Shown here one piece after another: positions 1 to 9,251 of a DNA stretch of 41,849 nt. The stretch is from the NCBI GenBank assembly GCA_030830285.1, contig JAURNF010000138.1, positions 1-41,849 of the forward strand. Reading direction: 5' to 3'. This stretch comes from Candidatus Kapaibacterium sp. Lineage in GTDB: Bacteria > Bacteroidota > Ignavibacteria > Kapaibacteriales > Kapaibacteriaceae. The first letter of the stretch is position 1, and each line of letters opens with the position of its first letter. Made by a program: the position numbers and the translations under genes. The notes under the pieces were generated by a model. That model had not been told where the DNA came from. It was given only the letters and a program-made list of their open reading frames with translations, and did not search any database.

Positions 1-204
1 GCATTCAGCACGATCAACGAACCAGATGGATCGCGAACAGATCGCGGAAAAATCTATGTTCTCTATGGTCAGCCAACAGAGATATCGAAAGATCTCAAAG
101 CCTCGTCGCCACGTGAAGTGTGGAAGTATAAGAATGCTCCCAAGCAGACATTCACGTTTGAGGTCAGTGATCGCGGTCTCTACAAGCTGGTAGATGTAAA
201 GTAG
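1..204 (+). CDS. 3' end of a GWxTD-domain protein (partial; start lies outside the window)
   Basis: Frame 1 is open from base 1 to TAG at 202-204. It is absent from the ORF track because no start codon is in the window. The translation ...EPDGSRTDRGKIYVLYGQPTEISKDLKASSPREVWKYKN... resembles the GWxTD C-terminal motif (G-x-x-TDRG-x-IY-x-x-YG-x-P-x-E). Confidence 0.5.
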   Translation, partial: AFSTINEPDGSRTDRGKIYVLYGQPTEISKDLKASSPREVWKYKNAPKQTFTFEVSDRGLYKLVDVK

Positions 205-231
205 ACTACGGCTGGCATTTGCAGTCAGTCG

Positions 232-633
232 TTAGCGTGGTTCCCAGCCCTCGCCTTCACATGGCGGCTCATCGGATACGACGTGTTCGTCGAGAATCAT
301 GCATAGCTGATTCGTTCCATTAAAGTGTCTGCACGATCCGCACAGCGTTCCCTCGGTTACGCGCTCTACACGCTCGTGATGCTTGTCGTATTGCAGCCAT
401 GCTGGATACAGGCCAAGACCCCATAGTCCAAGCATTGCCACCCACCACGTGGTAGTACTTGACATATGCGGACGCAGCGTCATGGTAACGACAGCGATAA
501 CAGCAACGCGCATTAGCGCAGCAGCAACGATTGATCCTGTTGTGTAGAACGGTTGATCTACTGCATACTCAGGGTCGCGTGTTCGAAGTAAGAACAAGTC
601 GAGGAGCTTCTCCCCATTTGATGGTTCACGCAT
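232..633 (-). CDS. hypothetical small membrane protein with a C-terminal four-Cys cluster
   Basis: Taken from the tracked ORF 232..681. The start was chosen at the internal ATG (MREPSNGEK...), which overlaps the upstream GT2 stop by 8 nt. Two hydrophobic stretches are present (SIVAAALMRVAVIAVVTMTL and WWVAMLGLWGLGLYPAW). The C-terminus carries CGSC-x11-C-x14-C. No family recognised. Confidence 0.5.
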   Translation of the reverse strand: MREPSNGEKLLDLFLLRTRDPEYAVDQPFYTTGSIVAAALMRVAVIAVVTMTLRPHMSSTTTWWVAMLGLWGLGLYPAWLQYDKHHERVERVTEGTLCGSCRHFNGTNQLCMILDEHVVSDEPPCEGEGWEPR

Positions 634-1807
634 GATGCGTCCCTTGTTGTGAGTATGCACGTCCCTTCCATGTTGCACCACGACGTGAATATGCCCAGCG
701 TATTGAGTTGATCCCTATGAACATCGACCACACGCCTGTAACTGGCGCCAGGAATATGTGCCACCAAGGCATCGAGAACCGATACGCAATCATCCCACGG
801 ATGAGCGCCAGCGCAACGAGCTGAATGCCTGCCAGGAGAGCAAGGTCTTCACGAGAGGCGGCGATTCCGGCAACGAACACGCCAACGGGAGCTACGTAGG
901 TTGTGAACAGATGGCCCAAGAAGAGCAGCGTGAGCGGGATGCTATAAGATGTAGCAGGGAAGAAGTTCTTCGAGAATCCCTCTGTGACTTCGCGTGCATT
1001 CGTGTACATACGACACGACACTGCATCGGAACCATCGACAAGCGAAATGCGAAGACCAGCCCTCTTTACCGCCTTTGCAAGGAATACATCTTCAACCAAC
1101 GAATTCTTCACACACTCGTGTCCACGCACGGTCTGATACGCCGAACGTGTAAAGCACATGAACTGTCCGTTTGCTGCCGAAAACGACACACTGCGATGGT
1201 GCAGGATGAGATCGTTTGGTAGATAGGCAAAGTAGAGTGTGTGCACCATCGGGATCACGACGTGTTCGCCAAAACTGCCGAGTTCTTCAAACGGAACCAT
1301 CGTAAGAAGCGCAACATCGTGTGTTCGCATATACTCGCGTGTGCGACGCACTGTCGTTGGTGCATGCTCGGTGTCAGCATCAGTGAACAGCAGCAGATCG
1401 CCAGTAGCTGCCTTGGACAATTGATCACAGGCCCACGATTTGCCGATCCATCCTTGCGGCAATGGCTGTCCAGTGATGACGCGAAGTGCAGGAAACTCCT
1501 GCTGCAAACGAGCAAGGATCTGCGGCGTTGCGTCAGTCGATCCGTCGTCGAGAACGATCACCTCGGTATTGAGGTCGTCCTGCAGGCAAAGTGACCTGAC
1601 GCAGGCCTCGATACAGCGCTCTTCGTTTCGTGCCGGGACGAGGACCGAACAGCGTGCTGACTCAGGTTGTGGGGTGCTAACCTTTGGTAGGCGCGGGAAT
1701 CTGGCAAGATTCAGGAGTCCAATCCCCAGCAGGCCGCACGAGATAGCTGCCAGGGCAATCGAGATGATGGTATAGGCATCGAAGTACATCATGCAATCTA
1801 CGGGCAT
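626..1807 (-). CDS. family-2 glycosyltransferase with a membrane C-terminal half, CruC-like (possible carotenoid glycosyltransferase)
   Basis: GT2 motifs VLVPARNEE, VLDDGSTDAT, GWIGKSWAC and FTDADTEH. An N-terminal TM helix plus several C-terminal hydrophobic segments. Divergent neighbour of a CrtC-like hydratase. The start could also be ATG 1792 or 1789. Confidence 0.8.
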   Translation of the reverse strand: MPVDCMMYFDAYTIISIALAAISCGLLGIGLLNLARFPRLPKVSTPQPESARCSVLVPARNEERCIEACVRSLCLQDDLNTEVIVLDDGSTDATPQILARLQQEFPALRVITGQPLPQGWIGKSWACDQLSKAATGDLLLFTDADTEHAPTTVRRTREYMRTHDVALLTMVPFEELGSFGEHVVIPMVHTLYFAYLPNDLILHHRSVSFSAANGQFMCFTRSAYQTVRGHECVKNSLVEDVFLAKAVKRAGLRISLVDGSDAVSCRMYTNAREVTEGFSKNFFPATSYSIPLTLLFLGHLFTTYVAPVGVFVAGIAASREDLALLAGIQLVALALIRGMIAYRFSMPWWHIFLAPVTGVWSMFIGINSIRWAYSRRGATWKGRAYSQQGTHHA

Positions 1808-1814
1808 TCACACG

Positions 1815-1822
1815 TACTTTTG
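1815..1822 (+). promoter_or_regulatory. TAnnTTTG (-7 type) box, TACTTTTG, 4 nt upstream of the ATG at 1827
   Basis: Exact match to the Bacteroidetes-type -7 consensus TAnnTTTG. Its position implies a transcript that starts at or next to the start codon. Confidence 0.4.
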
Positions 1823-1826
1823 TCGC

Positions 1827-2840
1827 ATGCAACTCCTCACCGGACCAGACCACGACACGTGCCATGCGCTCAATGGCGCCGGCGCATATGAGTGGTGGTA
1901 TACCGACGCACTTACGGCCGATGGCGAATGGGGGGTTGTTGCCATTCTCTTCCGCGGTATGCCGATGTCGCCTGCATATCTGGCAGCGCCATCATCGATG
2001 GCAGGCGGATACGCTGTGAGCGTCTACCACCGTGGAACTCGAATTGCGTTTGCATTCGGTGATGTACCATTGGAACAATGCGCGTTTTCCAGCAGCCGCG
2101 CAGATGTGCGTGTTGGTGATGCAACCCTGTCGATGCATGCCGACGGTACCATGGATCTCGCGATAGGTCGAATCGGTCGCGACATGGAGCGATCGGTTCA
2201 CGTTAACCTTCGTGTCCATTCCTCGGCCACACCATCGTCAAGTGACGCATTTAGTGAAGATCATGGTTGGGTGCTTGCTCGACCACGCGCTACGGCCGAG
2301 GTATCAATAGCATTGGGTGAGGGAAATGGGCAAGCGCAATGCAGATTCGAAGGATCGGCAATTGCATACCACGATCACAACATGGGCGTGCGCGCCATGA
2401 GTGCAGACTTCGGCGATTGGTATTGGGGACGCGTCCATGGTCCAACGTCGTCGATTGTGTTTCTGACCACACCGGATTCGCCACATGCTACAACACACAT
2501 TGTTGATGTGACGTCCGACGGCGTCATAGAACCGTGGACAACATCGCGAGTACAGTTCAAGCGGCGCAGTGTAAACTTTATGGGACTTGTCATGTTCCAG
2601 AAGGTCCTCCTCGAAGGCATTGATGCCCATGGGCGACAGCGCTCCGTTGTCTGCGCGAATGACATCGTCTGTGAGGATGGTCCATTTTATCAGCGCTACA
2701 TTTCACGTTGGACGGAATCGGGTGCGCTCATTGGTCTGGGGATGTCGGAATACATGGATGTGCAGCGATTACGCGCGCCATGGATTCGACCGTTCCTTCG
2801 GCTGCCATGGATCGATCACGCTGTGAGGGGGCACGCATGA
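1827..2840 (+). CDS. crtC: carotenoid 1,2-hydratase (hydroxyneurosporene synthase, CrtC family)
   Basis: GAGAYEWWYTDALTADGEWGVVAILFRGMPMSPAY fits the CrtC N-terminal signature G-x-Y-x-WWY-x-DA-x3-DG-x-G-x3-I-x-F-x-G-x3-SP-x-Y. Start chosen at ATG 1827 rather than the tracked 1791, which would overlap the divergent GT2 start; the TAnnTTTG box also supports 1827. The stop overlaps the mutL start (ATGA at 2837-2840). Confidence 0.6.
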   Translation: MQLLTGPDHDTCHALNGAGAYEWWYTDALTADGEWGVVAILFRGMPMSPAYLAAPSSMAGGYAVSVYHRGTRIAFAFGDVPLEQCAFSSSRADVRVGDATLSMHADGTMDLAIGRIGRDMERSVHVNLRVHSSATPSSSDAFSEDHGWVLARPRATAEVSIALGEGNGQAQCRFEGSAIAYHDHNMGVRAMSADFGDWYWGRVHGPTSSIVFLTTPDSPHATTHIVDVTSDGVIEPWTTSRVQFKRRSVNFMGLVMFQKVLLEGIDAHGRQRSVVCANDIVCEDGPFYQRYISRWTESGALIGLGMSEYMDVQRLRAPWIRPFLRLPWIDHAVRGHA

Positions 2841-4612
2841 GCATGCAGAAAATTCACATTCTGCCAGACTATCTCGCGAATCAAATCGCAGCTGGCGAAG
2901 TTGTGCAGCGTCCCGAATCAGTCGTGAAGGAGTTGGTTGAGAATGCCATTGATGCTGGAGCGACCAGCGTTACCGTCATCGTGCGTGACGCAGGGAAGCA
3001 ACTCATCCACGTCATTGATAACGGAACCGGCATGTCGCAAGATGATCTCCAGCTTGCGCTTGTCCGTCATGCAACCAGCAAAATCTCCAGTGAACACGAT
3101 CTTCATGCAATTCGTACGCTTGGCTTTCGTGGCGAAGCAATGGCGTCGATTGCTGCTGTCGCTGACGTTGAGATACGGACGAAACAACGTGATGATGACA
3201 TGGGGTGGACGCTGCAACAGCGACCAGGTCATGCCCCAGAGATGAAACCGGCAGCACACGATGGCGGCACACAGGTATTGGTGCGAAATCTGTTCTACAA
3301 CGTTCCTGCACGCAGGAAGTTCTTGAAGGCAGATCTCACGGAGTTCCGCCACATCTCAGAGACGATGCAGAAGCTCGCGCTGTCACGACCAGACGTGCGC
3401 GTTGTGCTGTACGACAATCAGACGCTTGTCTTTGATGCAAAGCCGTCTGACCAGCGACGCCGCGTAGCAGATGTGTTGTCACTTGATCCACATCGTGCGT
3501 TTGTAGAGTTCGACGCAGAAGATAGCGGTATTCGTGTGCAAGGATATGCTGGGCTCCCGCATGTTGCTCGCCAGAGCCGCAGCGGACAGTACGTGTTTCT
3601 CAATACACGGCCAATTGTGAGTCGATCGATTGCACATGCTGTAGCATCAGCATACGAACACTTGCTCGATACTGGCCAGCATCCGGTGTTCGTGTTGTTC
3701 ATCACGATTGATCCAGAGCGTGTCGACGTCAACGTACACCCACAGAAGCACGAAGTAAAGTTCGATGACGAACGTCAGATCTACCTTCTCGTACAACAAG
3801 CTGTCTCGCGAGCTCTTACGCAGGCACAGGTGATACCAAGTTTTCTCGGTGATGTTGCACTTGCACACCGTCCGTTGCAGTCGCTCCCATCAAGTCCAGT
3901 CGGTACATCGATGGTGATCAATCGACTCACTGGTGAAGTGCTGCAGCAAGGATCGCCGCGGAGCAGCGCTCCAGATCATCGCACGGGCTCGCAACCCGCA
4001 CCACAAGCGCTGCACGAAGCATTCGACCAGCTCTTTGCTCGGCGCCAAGAACACGAGACTACTGGAATTCTTCATGCGGGCGGACAGTATGTAATCACGA
4101 CGAACAGTGAAGGCTTGGTTGTTGTCGACCAGCGCGCTGCGCATGAGCGCATCATCTACGAGCGTGTACTAGCGCGCAAGGGTGAGGCAGTTGCTCAGTC
4201 ATTGCTCTTTGCTGTAGTCGTCCGACTGAGTCCGTCGCGGGTTACGCTTATGCGTGAGTACACTGAGGAATTGCGCGATCTTGGGTTCCGCTGCGACATT
4301 GAACATGACGGACGTGTCCAGGTCCATGCCGTGCCTTCCGATATCAAGCCAGGTAATGAAGAGTCGGCGCTGGAAGACTTGCTGCAGGCACTTGAGGATG
4401 TGCATGCGTCGCCAACTGTCCAACGTAGTGAGCGGGTCGCTCTTGCTTTTGCATCGCGTCATGCAGTGCGTCGTGGTGAACAGCTCACGCACGACGAAGC
4501 CTCAGCACTCATACGCGATTTATTCGCCTGTGCCGTCCCACACCATTCTCCGAGAGGAGAGCAGACATACATGCTCATTCCATTCGACGAACTAGCCCAA
4601 CGATTCCGATGA
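2837..4612 (+). CDS. mutL: DNA mismatch repair protein MutL (endonuclease-type)
   Basis: GHKL ATPase N-terminus MQKIHILPDYLANQIAAGEVVQRPESVVKELVENAIDAGA, plus DNGTGM. C-terminal VVDQRAAHERIIYE matches DQHAxxExxxxE. The tracked ORF start at 2708 is an upstream extension. Confidence 0.95.
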   Translation: MSMQKIHILPDYLANQIAAGEVVQRPESVVKELVENAIDAGATSVTVIVRDAGKQLIHVIDNGTGMSQDDLQLALVRHATSKISSEHDLHAIRTLGFRGEAMASIAAVADVEIRTKQRDDDMGWTLQQRPGHAPEMKPAAHDGGTQVLVRNLFYNVPARRKFLKADLTEFRHISETMQKLALSRPDVRVVLYDNQTLVFDAKPSDQRRRVADVLSLDPHRAFVEFDAEDSGIRVQGYAGLPHVARQSRSGQYVFLNTRPIVSRSIAHAVASAYEHLLDTGQHPVFVLFITIDPERVDVNVHPQKHEVKFDDERQIYLLVQQAVSRALTQAQVIPSFLGDVALAHRPLQSLPSSPVGTSMVINRLTGEVLQQGSPRSSAPDHRTGSQPAPQALHEAFDQLFARRQEHETTGILHAGGQYVITTNSEGLVVVDQRAAHERIIYERVLARKGEAVAQSLLFAVVVRLSPSRVTLMREYTEELRDLGFRCDIEHDGRVQVHAVPSDIKPGNEESALEDLLQALEDVHASPTVQRSERVALAFASRHAVRRGEQLTHDEASALIRDLFACAVPHHSPRGEQTYMLIPFDELAQRFR

Positions 4613-5247
4613 TCAACATTGTAGCTGCCCTACTTCTTCTTCTCGCAGGAGCGTCTGCGTCGTCACAGACAGCTTCATCGACGACCAAGAAGGATGTCGA
4701 TCTCGAAGTACTCGCGGCATGGCTCGAGGGCTCATTCTCAAGTCAAGCCCAGGCCGCCGGCGATAGCACGTATTTCGACATCCGCCTTCGCATGAAGCGT
4801 ATATGGTATGATCGTACCGATGGTTATTGGCTCGTTGTTGAGCAGGCCATGGCAACATCGCAGGATGCACCATATCGTCAGCGTGTCTACAACGTCCGCC
4901 GCGTAGAAGAGAACATGATCGAATCGCGCACGTTTACGTGGATGGACCCTGCTCGTGTGATCGGGGCATGGAAGGACACAACCCTCGTTGACGGGATGAG
5001 TCCGAGCGACCTCGTTCCACGTCGTGGATGTGAAGTGTACATGCAACTTGATGCGCGGCACTTCTTCGGCTCCACGCATGGCACTGCATGCAGCAGCGAG
5101 CTGCGCGGCGCATCGTATGCAACGTCAGAAGTAAAGATCTATCGCGATAGGATTATCTCGTGGGACCGTGGCTTCTCGTCAGACAACGTGCAGGTTTGGG
5201 GCGCTACGAAGGGAGGCTACGTGTTTATCCGACAAGAGGGTTGGTAG
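4609..5247 (+). CDS. secreted CpcT/CpeT-family (DUF1001, lipocalin-like) protein
   Basis: Signal peptide MINIVAALLLLLAGASASSQ. LAAWLEGSFSSQAQA ... WLVVEQAMATSQDAPYRQRVYNVRR matches the CpcT hallmarks (W-x-G-x-FSNQ-x-QA and EQA-x-n-PYRQR-x-Y). ATGA overlap with the mutL stop. Confidence 0.65.
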   Translation: MINIVAALLLLLAGASASSQTASSTTKKDVDLEVLAAWLEGSFSSQAQAAGDSTYFDIRLRMKRIWYDRTDGYWLVVEQAMATSQDAPYRQRVYNVRRVEENMIESRTFTWMDPARVIGAWKDTTLVDGMSPSDLVPRRGCEVYMQLDARHFFGSTHGTACSSELRGASYATSEVKIYRDRIISWDRGFSSDNVQVWGATKGGYVFIRQEGW

Positions 5248-5263
5248 GGGCAGGCCCCCTTCC

Positions 5264-5271
5264 TAACTTTG
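5264..5271 (+). promoter_or_regulatory. TAnnTTTG box (TAACTTTG), 37 nt upstream of ATG 5309
   Basis: Exact consensus match in the 61-bp intergenic gap. A TTG lies 20 nt upstream (5241-5243). Confidence 0.45.
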
Positions 5272-5308
5272 TAGCCCGAACGTTTTCCGCACACAACAGT
5301 TGGCAACC

Positions 5309-6121
5309 ATGGCATCGCAACAGTACGTTTTGATTCTCGGTGTATCCAGTGGATTTGGTCGCGCAGCAGCAAAGGCGCTCGCAGCAGACGGATTCCATAT
5401 CGTAGGGGTTCACCTCGATCGTGCCGCAGGCCTTCAGCAGGTGGAAGAGCTTAAGACCGAGCTGCAGGGCATGGGGGTTCGCTCGCTGTTCTTCAACATG
5501 AATGCCGCAGACCCAGATCGTCGCGCCGAAGTAATGGCTGCCATCAAGGATGAGTTCGCCAAGCACGAGGGTGCCACGCTTCGCATGATGTTGCATTCGT
5601 TGGCCTTCGGGACGCTCAAGCCATTTATCGCAGATCAGCCAAACGATGCGATTTCGCAGAAGAATCTGGATATGACGTTGGATGTGATGGCTAACTCGCT
5701 GATCTACTACACACAAGACATCGTTCGCAATGGCCTTATGGGAGCGGGCGGTCGTGTCGTGGGTCTAACGAGCGCCGGTGCTACGCGTGTGCTTCCGATG
5801 TACGGTGCCGTCTCAGCTGCGAAGGCAGCGATGGAGTCATACTGCCGTCAACTTGCACTCGAACTTGCACCACACGGTATCACCGCGAATTCGATCCGTG
5901 CGGGCGTGACGTACACACCTGCGTTGTCGAAGATTCCGGGCAGTGATATCATCATGAACAATGCGCTTATGCGCAACCCATACCATCGTCTCACCACGCC
6001 TGAGGACATCGCAAACGTCTTGCGATTGCTTGCAAAGGACGAGGCGCAGTGGATCAATGGTGAAGTTCTTGGTGTTGACGGTGGTGAAGACGCAATCGAT
6101 CTTACCTGGTACAAGCCGTAA
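5309..6121 (+). CDS. SDR-family oxidoreductase, enoyl-ACP reductase-like (FabI/FabL-type)
   Basis: Gly-rich loop LGVSSGFGRAAA. Catalytic YGAVSAAKAAMESYCRQLALELAPHGITANSIRAG (YxxxK plus a FabI-like downstream block). The tracked start at 5300 is TTG; the ATG at 5309 is preferred. Confidence 0.7.
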   Translation: MASQQYVLILGVSSGFGRAAAKALAADGFHIVGVHLDRAAGLQQVEELKTELQGMGVRSLFFNMNAADPDRRAEVMAAIKDEFAKHEGATLRMMLHSLAFGTLKPFIADQPNDAISQKNLDMTLDVMANSLIYYTQDIVRNGLMGAGGRVVGLTSAGATRVLPMYGAVSAAKAAMESYCRQLALELAPHGITANSIRAGVTYTPALSKIPGSDIIMNNALMRNPYHRLTTPEDIANVLRLLAKDEAQWINGEVLGVDGGEDAIDLTWYKP

Positions 6122-6129
6122 CGCGCGGC

Positions 6130-7491
6130 TTAAAGGTATTCCAAGACGTCGTGGCGGGTAAGCACGCCTGATAGACGGCCGAACTCAGAAACAACGATCA
6201 TCGGTGATGATTTCAGCATGCCGATGGCTGCTTGCACGTGCTCGTGCGCATCAACGATCGGTGCTGGCTGCTCCATGAGGTCTGCAACTGGACGTTCCAA
6301 GACCAAGCGGTCGCCGATCACAGCCGACATCAGCTTGGCTTCGCGTGTCGTTCCAACAAGTGTGTCGCCATCGACCACAGGGAGGTCGCTCACTTCGTAT
6401 GAGCTCATGAGTGACAGTGCCTCGTTCACCGTGGCAGTGCTTGGTAGACTTACCAGAGATGGCAATGTGCCACGCGTGCGCTTTGCAGCAATGACGTCGC
6501 GAATCATGAAACGATCTTGCTCGAGGAGATTCTTTTCGGTCAGCCACTCATCGGAGTGGTGCTTTGTAAGGTAACGCTCGCCGGTGTCGCACACAATCGC
6601 CACAACAACAGCGTCGGCTGGGAGGAGCTTCGCTACCTTCACGGCGGCGGCAACATTCATTCCTGAAGAACCACCGCAGAAAATGCCCTCGTGGCGTGCA
6701 AGAGCACGAGCCATCATAAAGGCTTCTTTATCGTTGATGTTCATGAACTCATCAACCAAGTTGACATCCAAGTTGAGCGGGATGCGCTCTTGTCCGACAC
6801 CCTCTACGAGATAGGGAAGCGGCTCGATGATACGTCCCGTTTCCTTGTACGTCTTCAGGATCGAGCCAACTGGGTCGGCTGCGATCACCTTCAAATGCGG
6901 GTTCTGTGACTTCAGGTAGCGCGCCGTGCCGGTGATCGTGCCACCGGTGCCGACGCCAGCGATGAAGTGTGTGACCGTACCATCGGTATCATTCCAAATC
7001 TCCGGTCCAGTTGTGCACTCGTGGATCGCCGGATTAGCCGGGTTGTCATACTGATTCAGCATGATCGCATTTGGCAGTTCCTCGCTCAATCGCTTGGCTG
7101 TGTTCCAATAGTACTCTGGCGAGCTCATCTTTGCTGCGCTCGACACGATCAAGACGTCGGCGCCGAGAGCCTTCAGGTAACGGACGCGCTCTTGTGAGGC
7201 CTTGTCGGTCATCACGAACAGACAGTTGTATCCCTTGAGCTTTGCAGCAAGTGCCAGACCAATACCCGTATTGCCGCTGGTTGGTTCAATGATCAACGAA
7301 CCCGGCTTCAAGCGTCCATCGCGCTCGGCGGCCTCAATCATGGCGATACCAATACGGTCCTTGACAGAACCGCCAGGGTTCATGTTCTCAAGCTTCACGT
7401 ACACTTGTGCTTCGATACCCTTCGTGACGTAGTTGAGTTTGACAAGGGGCGTTTTACCAATCAGCTGAAGAACGCTTGCGTAGGTATTCAT
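6130..7491 (-). CDS. PLP-dependent cystathionine beta-synthase / cysteine synthase with a C-terminal CBS-domain pair
   Basis: GGSVKDRIG (PLP lysine), EPTSGNTGIGLA and GTGGTITG. The C-terminal approx. 120 aa has a tandem CBS-like layout (VSDLPVVDGDTLVGT..., MIVVSEFGRLSGVLTRHDVLEYL). Confidence 0.85.
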   Translation of the reverse strand: MNTYASVLQLIGKTPLVKLNYVTKGIEAQVYVKLENMNPGGSVKDRIGIAMIEAAERDGRLKPGSLIIEPTSGNTGIGLALAAKLKGYNCLFVMTDKASQERVRYLKALGADVLIVSSAAKMSSPEYYWNTAKRLSEELPNAIMLNQYDNPANPAIHECTTGPEIWNDTDGTVTHFIAGVGTGGTITGTARYLKSQNPHLKVIAADPVGSILKTYKETGRIIEPLPYLVEGVGQERIPLNLDVNLVDEFMNINDKEAFMMARALARHEGIFCGGSSGMNVAAAVKVAKLLPADAVVVAIVCDTGERYLTKHHSDEWLTEKNLLEQDRFMIRDVIAAKRTRGTLPSLVSLPSTATVNEALSLMSSYEVSDLPVVDGDTLVGTTREAKLMSAVIGDRLVLERPVADLMEQPAPIVDAHEHVQAAIGMLKSSPMIVVSEFGRLSGVLTRHDVLEYL

Positions 7492-9251
7492 GACAGTTGC
7501 TGTTCTAATTGTTGACGTTCAAACATTGCGGCATAGGTGCCATTGCGTTGGACAAGTTCGGCGTGCGAACCGGATTCGATAATACGACCGTTCTCGAGAA
7601 CAATGATCGTCGTGCATTGTTGAACGGTTGAAAGGCGGTGCGAAATGATCATCGTCGTTCTGTTTAGCATGATTTGCTGAAGCTCACGAAGAACGCGATC
7701 CTCTGTATCGGCGTCGATAGCCGACAGTGCGTCATCAAGGATGAGGATCTTCGGATCTGCCGCAATTGCGCGGGCGAGAGACGTCCGCTGCTTTTGTCCA
7801 CCCGAGAGTGTGACACCACGTTCGCCTACAACCGTATCGTACCCCTCGGCGAGTTGCATGATATCGCCATGCAGTTGCGCACGCGTTGCAGCGAGCACAA
7901 CGTCGTCGTCGGAGGCGTCTGGGTTACCAAAGCGAATGTTGTCGCGAATTGTCTCCGAGAAGAGGAATGCCTCTTGCGGAACCACGGCTATAGCCGAACG
8001 GAGTGTATGGAGATCGATCTCTCTCACATCAACGCCGTCTACGAGCACGCGGCCTGAGCTCACGTCATAGAGTCGTGGAACAAGACCAACGAGCGTGGAT
8101 TTTCCGCTACCAACCGCGCCAACGACACCGAGACTGGTACCAGCTGGAATAGTGATCGAGATATCGTCGAGAACTCGCGTCGTACCATCGTACGAGAGTG
8201 ACACGTGGTCGAAGGTTACGATGCCAGAAATCGCTATGTCACGTGGCACCAGAGGGGATGTCACATCTGACGGAGCATCGTAGAGTGCGCCTAGACGTCC
8301 AATCGATGCCGCACCGCGCTGAATCATGCTCGTCACCCATCCAATGGCGGCAATCGGCCATAGAAGCTGGTTGAGGTAGATGAAGAACTGTGTTAGCTCA
8401 CCAACTGTGAGGGCTTTCTGCATCACTTGGTAGCCGCCCACGGTGAGGACGATGATGTAGCTAATGTTGAACAGTACCGTCATGCCCGGCATCATCAACG
8501 ACTGCACGCGTGCGAGCTGCATGTTGCGTTCGTAGTATGACTTGCTCAGCGTATCGAATCGCAGTGCCTCGAACGCTCCTCGCACATATGCGCGTATGAC
8601 GCGGATACCGGATGCCGTTTCTTGTGCATGGGTGGTGATGTGTTCGTATTCCTGCTGAACAACCTTGTAGGTGGAGTGAATCCGCTTACCAAGTCGGTAG
8701 GTGAGTGTTGCAATAAGTGGAACAGGTATCAGGATCGCAGCCGTCAGAAGCACGTCAAGTGATGTCATCCACGAGAGCGCAAAGGCGAAGGTTGTGATCG
8801 TGTTCGCCGTGTACATGATTGCAGGGCCGATGAACTCGCGGACCGATCCAATATCATTCGAGAAGTGCGCAAGGATCGAACCTGTTGAACGCTCGTTAAA
8901 GAACCGTTGTGATTGATCCTTCACGGCTGCAACTACGTCGTTGCGGAGCGCTTCTTCGATGTAGCGCGACATCACGATGATTGTGCGGCGCGTGGCGAAC
9001 ATGAAAAATCCACTACCTATTGTCAGCGCGAGGATCTTCGCAATCAGCCACGCGACGTCGGTCGACGTGAAAGAGGACGATCCAAGGGTGTCGATTGTGG
9101 AGCCAACAACGTACGGGATCGTTGTTGAGCAGATGTTCGAGATCGTGATAAAGATCAGACCAAGCACAACAAGCTTGGTGTGCTTCCGAACATAGGGAAT
9201 CAGGCGGCGGAGCTCATGGAGTGCGCCACCGCGTGGTGAGGTGTCCGACAT
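7488..9251 (-). CDS. ABC transporter, fused permease/ATP-binding exporter (MsbA/MdlB-like)
   Basis: Six-TM N-terminal half. Walker A GAVGSGKST, signature LSGGQKQR, Walker B ILILDDALSAID. ATGA overlap with the downstream CBS gene start. Confidence 0.9.
   Translation of the reverse strand: MSDTSPRGGALHELRRLIPYVRKHTKLVVLGLIFITISNICSTTIPYVVGSTIDTLGSSSFTSTDVAWLIAKILALTIGSGFFMFATRRTIIVMSRYIEEALRNDVVAAVKDQSQRFFNERSTGSILAHFSNDIGSVREFIGPAIMYTANTITTFAFALSWMTSLDVLLTAAILIPVPLIATLTYRLGKRIHSTYKVVQQEYEHITTHAQETASGIRVIRAYVRGAFEALRFDTLSKSYYERNMQLARVQSLMMPGMTVLFNISYIIVLTVGGYQVMQKALTVGELTQFFIYLNQLLWPIAAIGWVTSMIQRGAASIGRLGALYDAPSDVTSPLVPRDIAISGIVTFDHVSLSYDGTTRVLDDISITIPAGTSLGVVGAVGSGKSTLVGLVPRLYDVSSGRVLVDGVDVREIDLHTLRSAIAVVPQEAFLFSETIRDNIRFGNPDASDDDVVLAATRAQLHGDIMQLAEGYDTVVGERGVTLSGGQKQRTSLARAIAADPKILILDDALSAIDADTEDRVLRELQQIMLNRTTMIISHRLSTVQQCTTIIVLENGRIIESGSHAELVQRNGTYAAMFERQQLEQQLS

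Noticed and set aside
5246-5260. Short hairpin AGGGG-CAGGC-CCCCT immediately after the cpcT-like stop, considered as a terminator.
   Set aside because: The stem is only 5 bp, it overlaps the stop codon, and no U-tract follows. Too weak to call.
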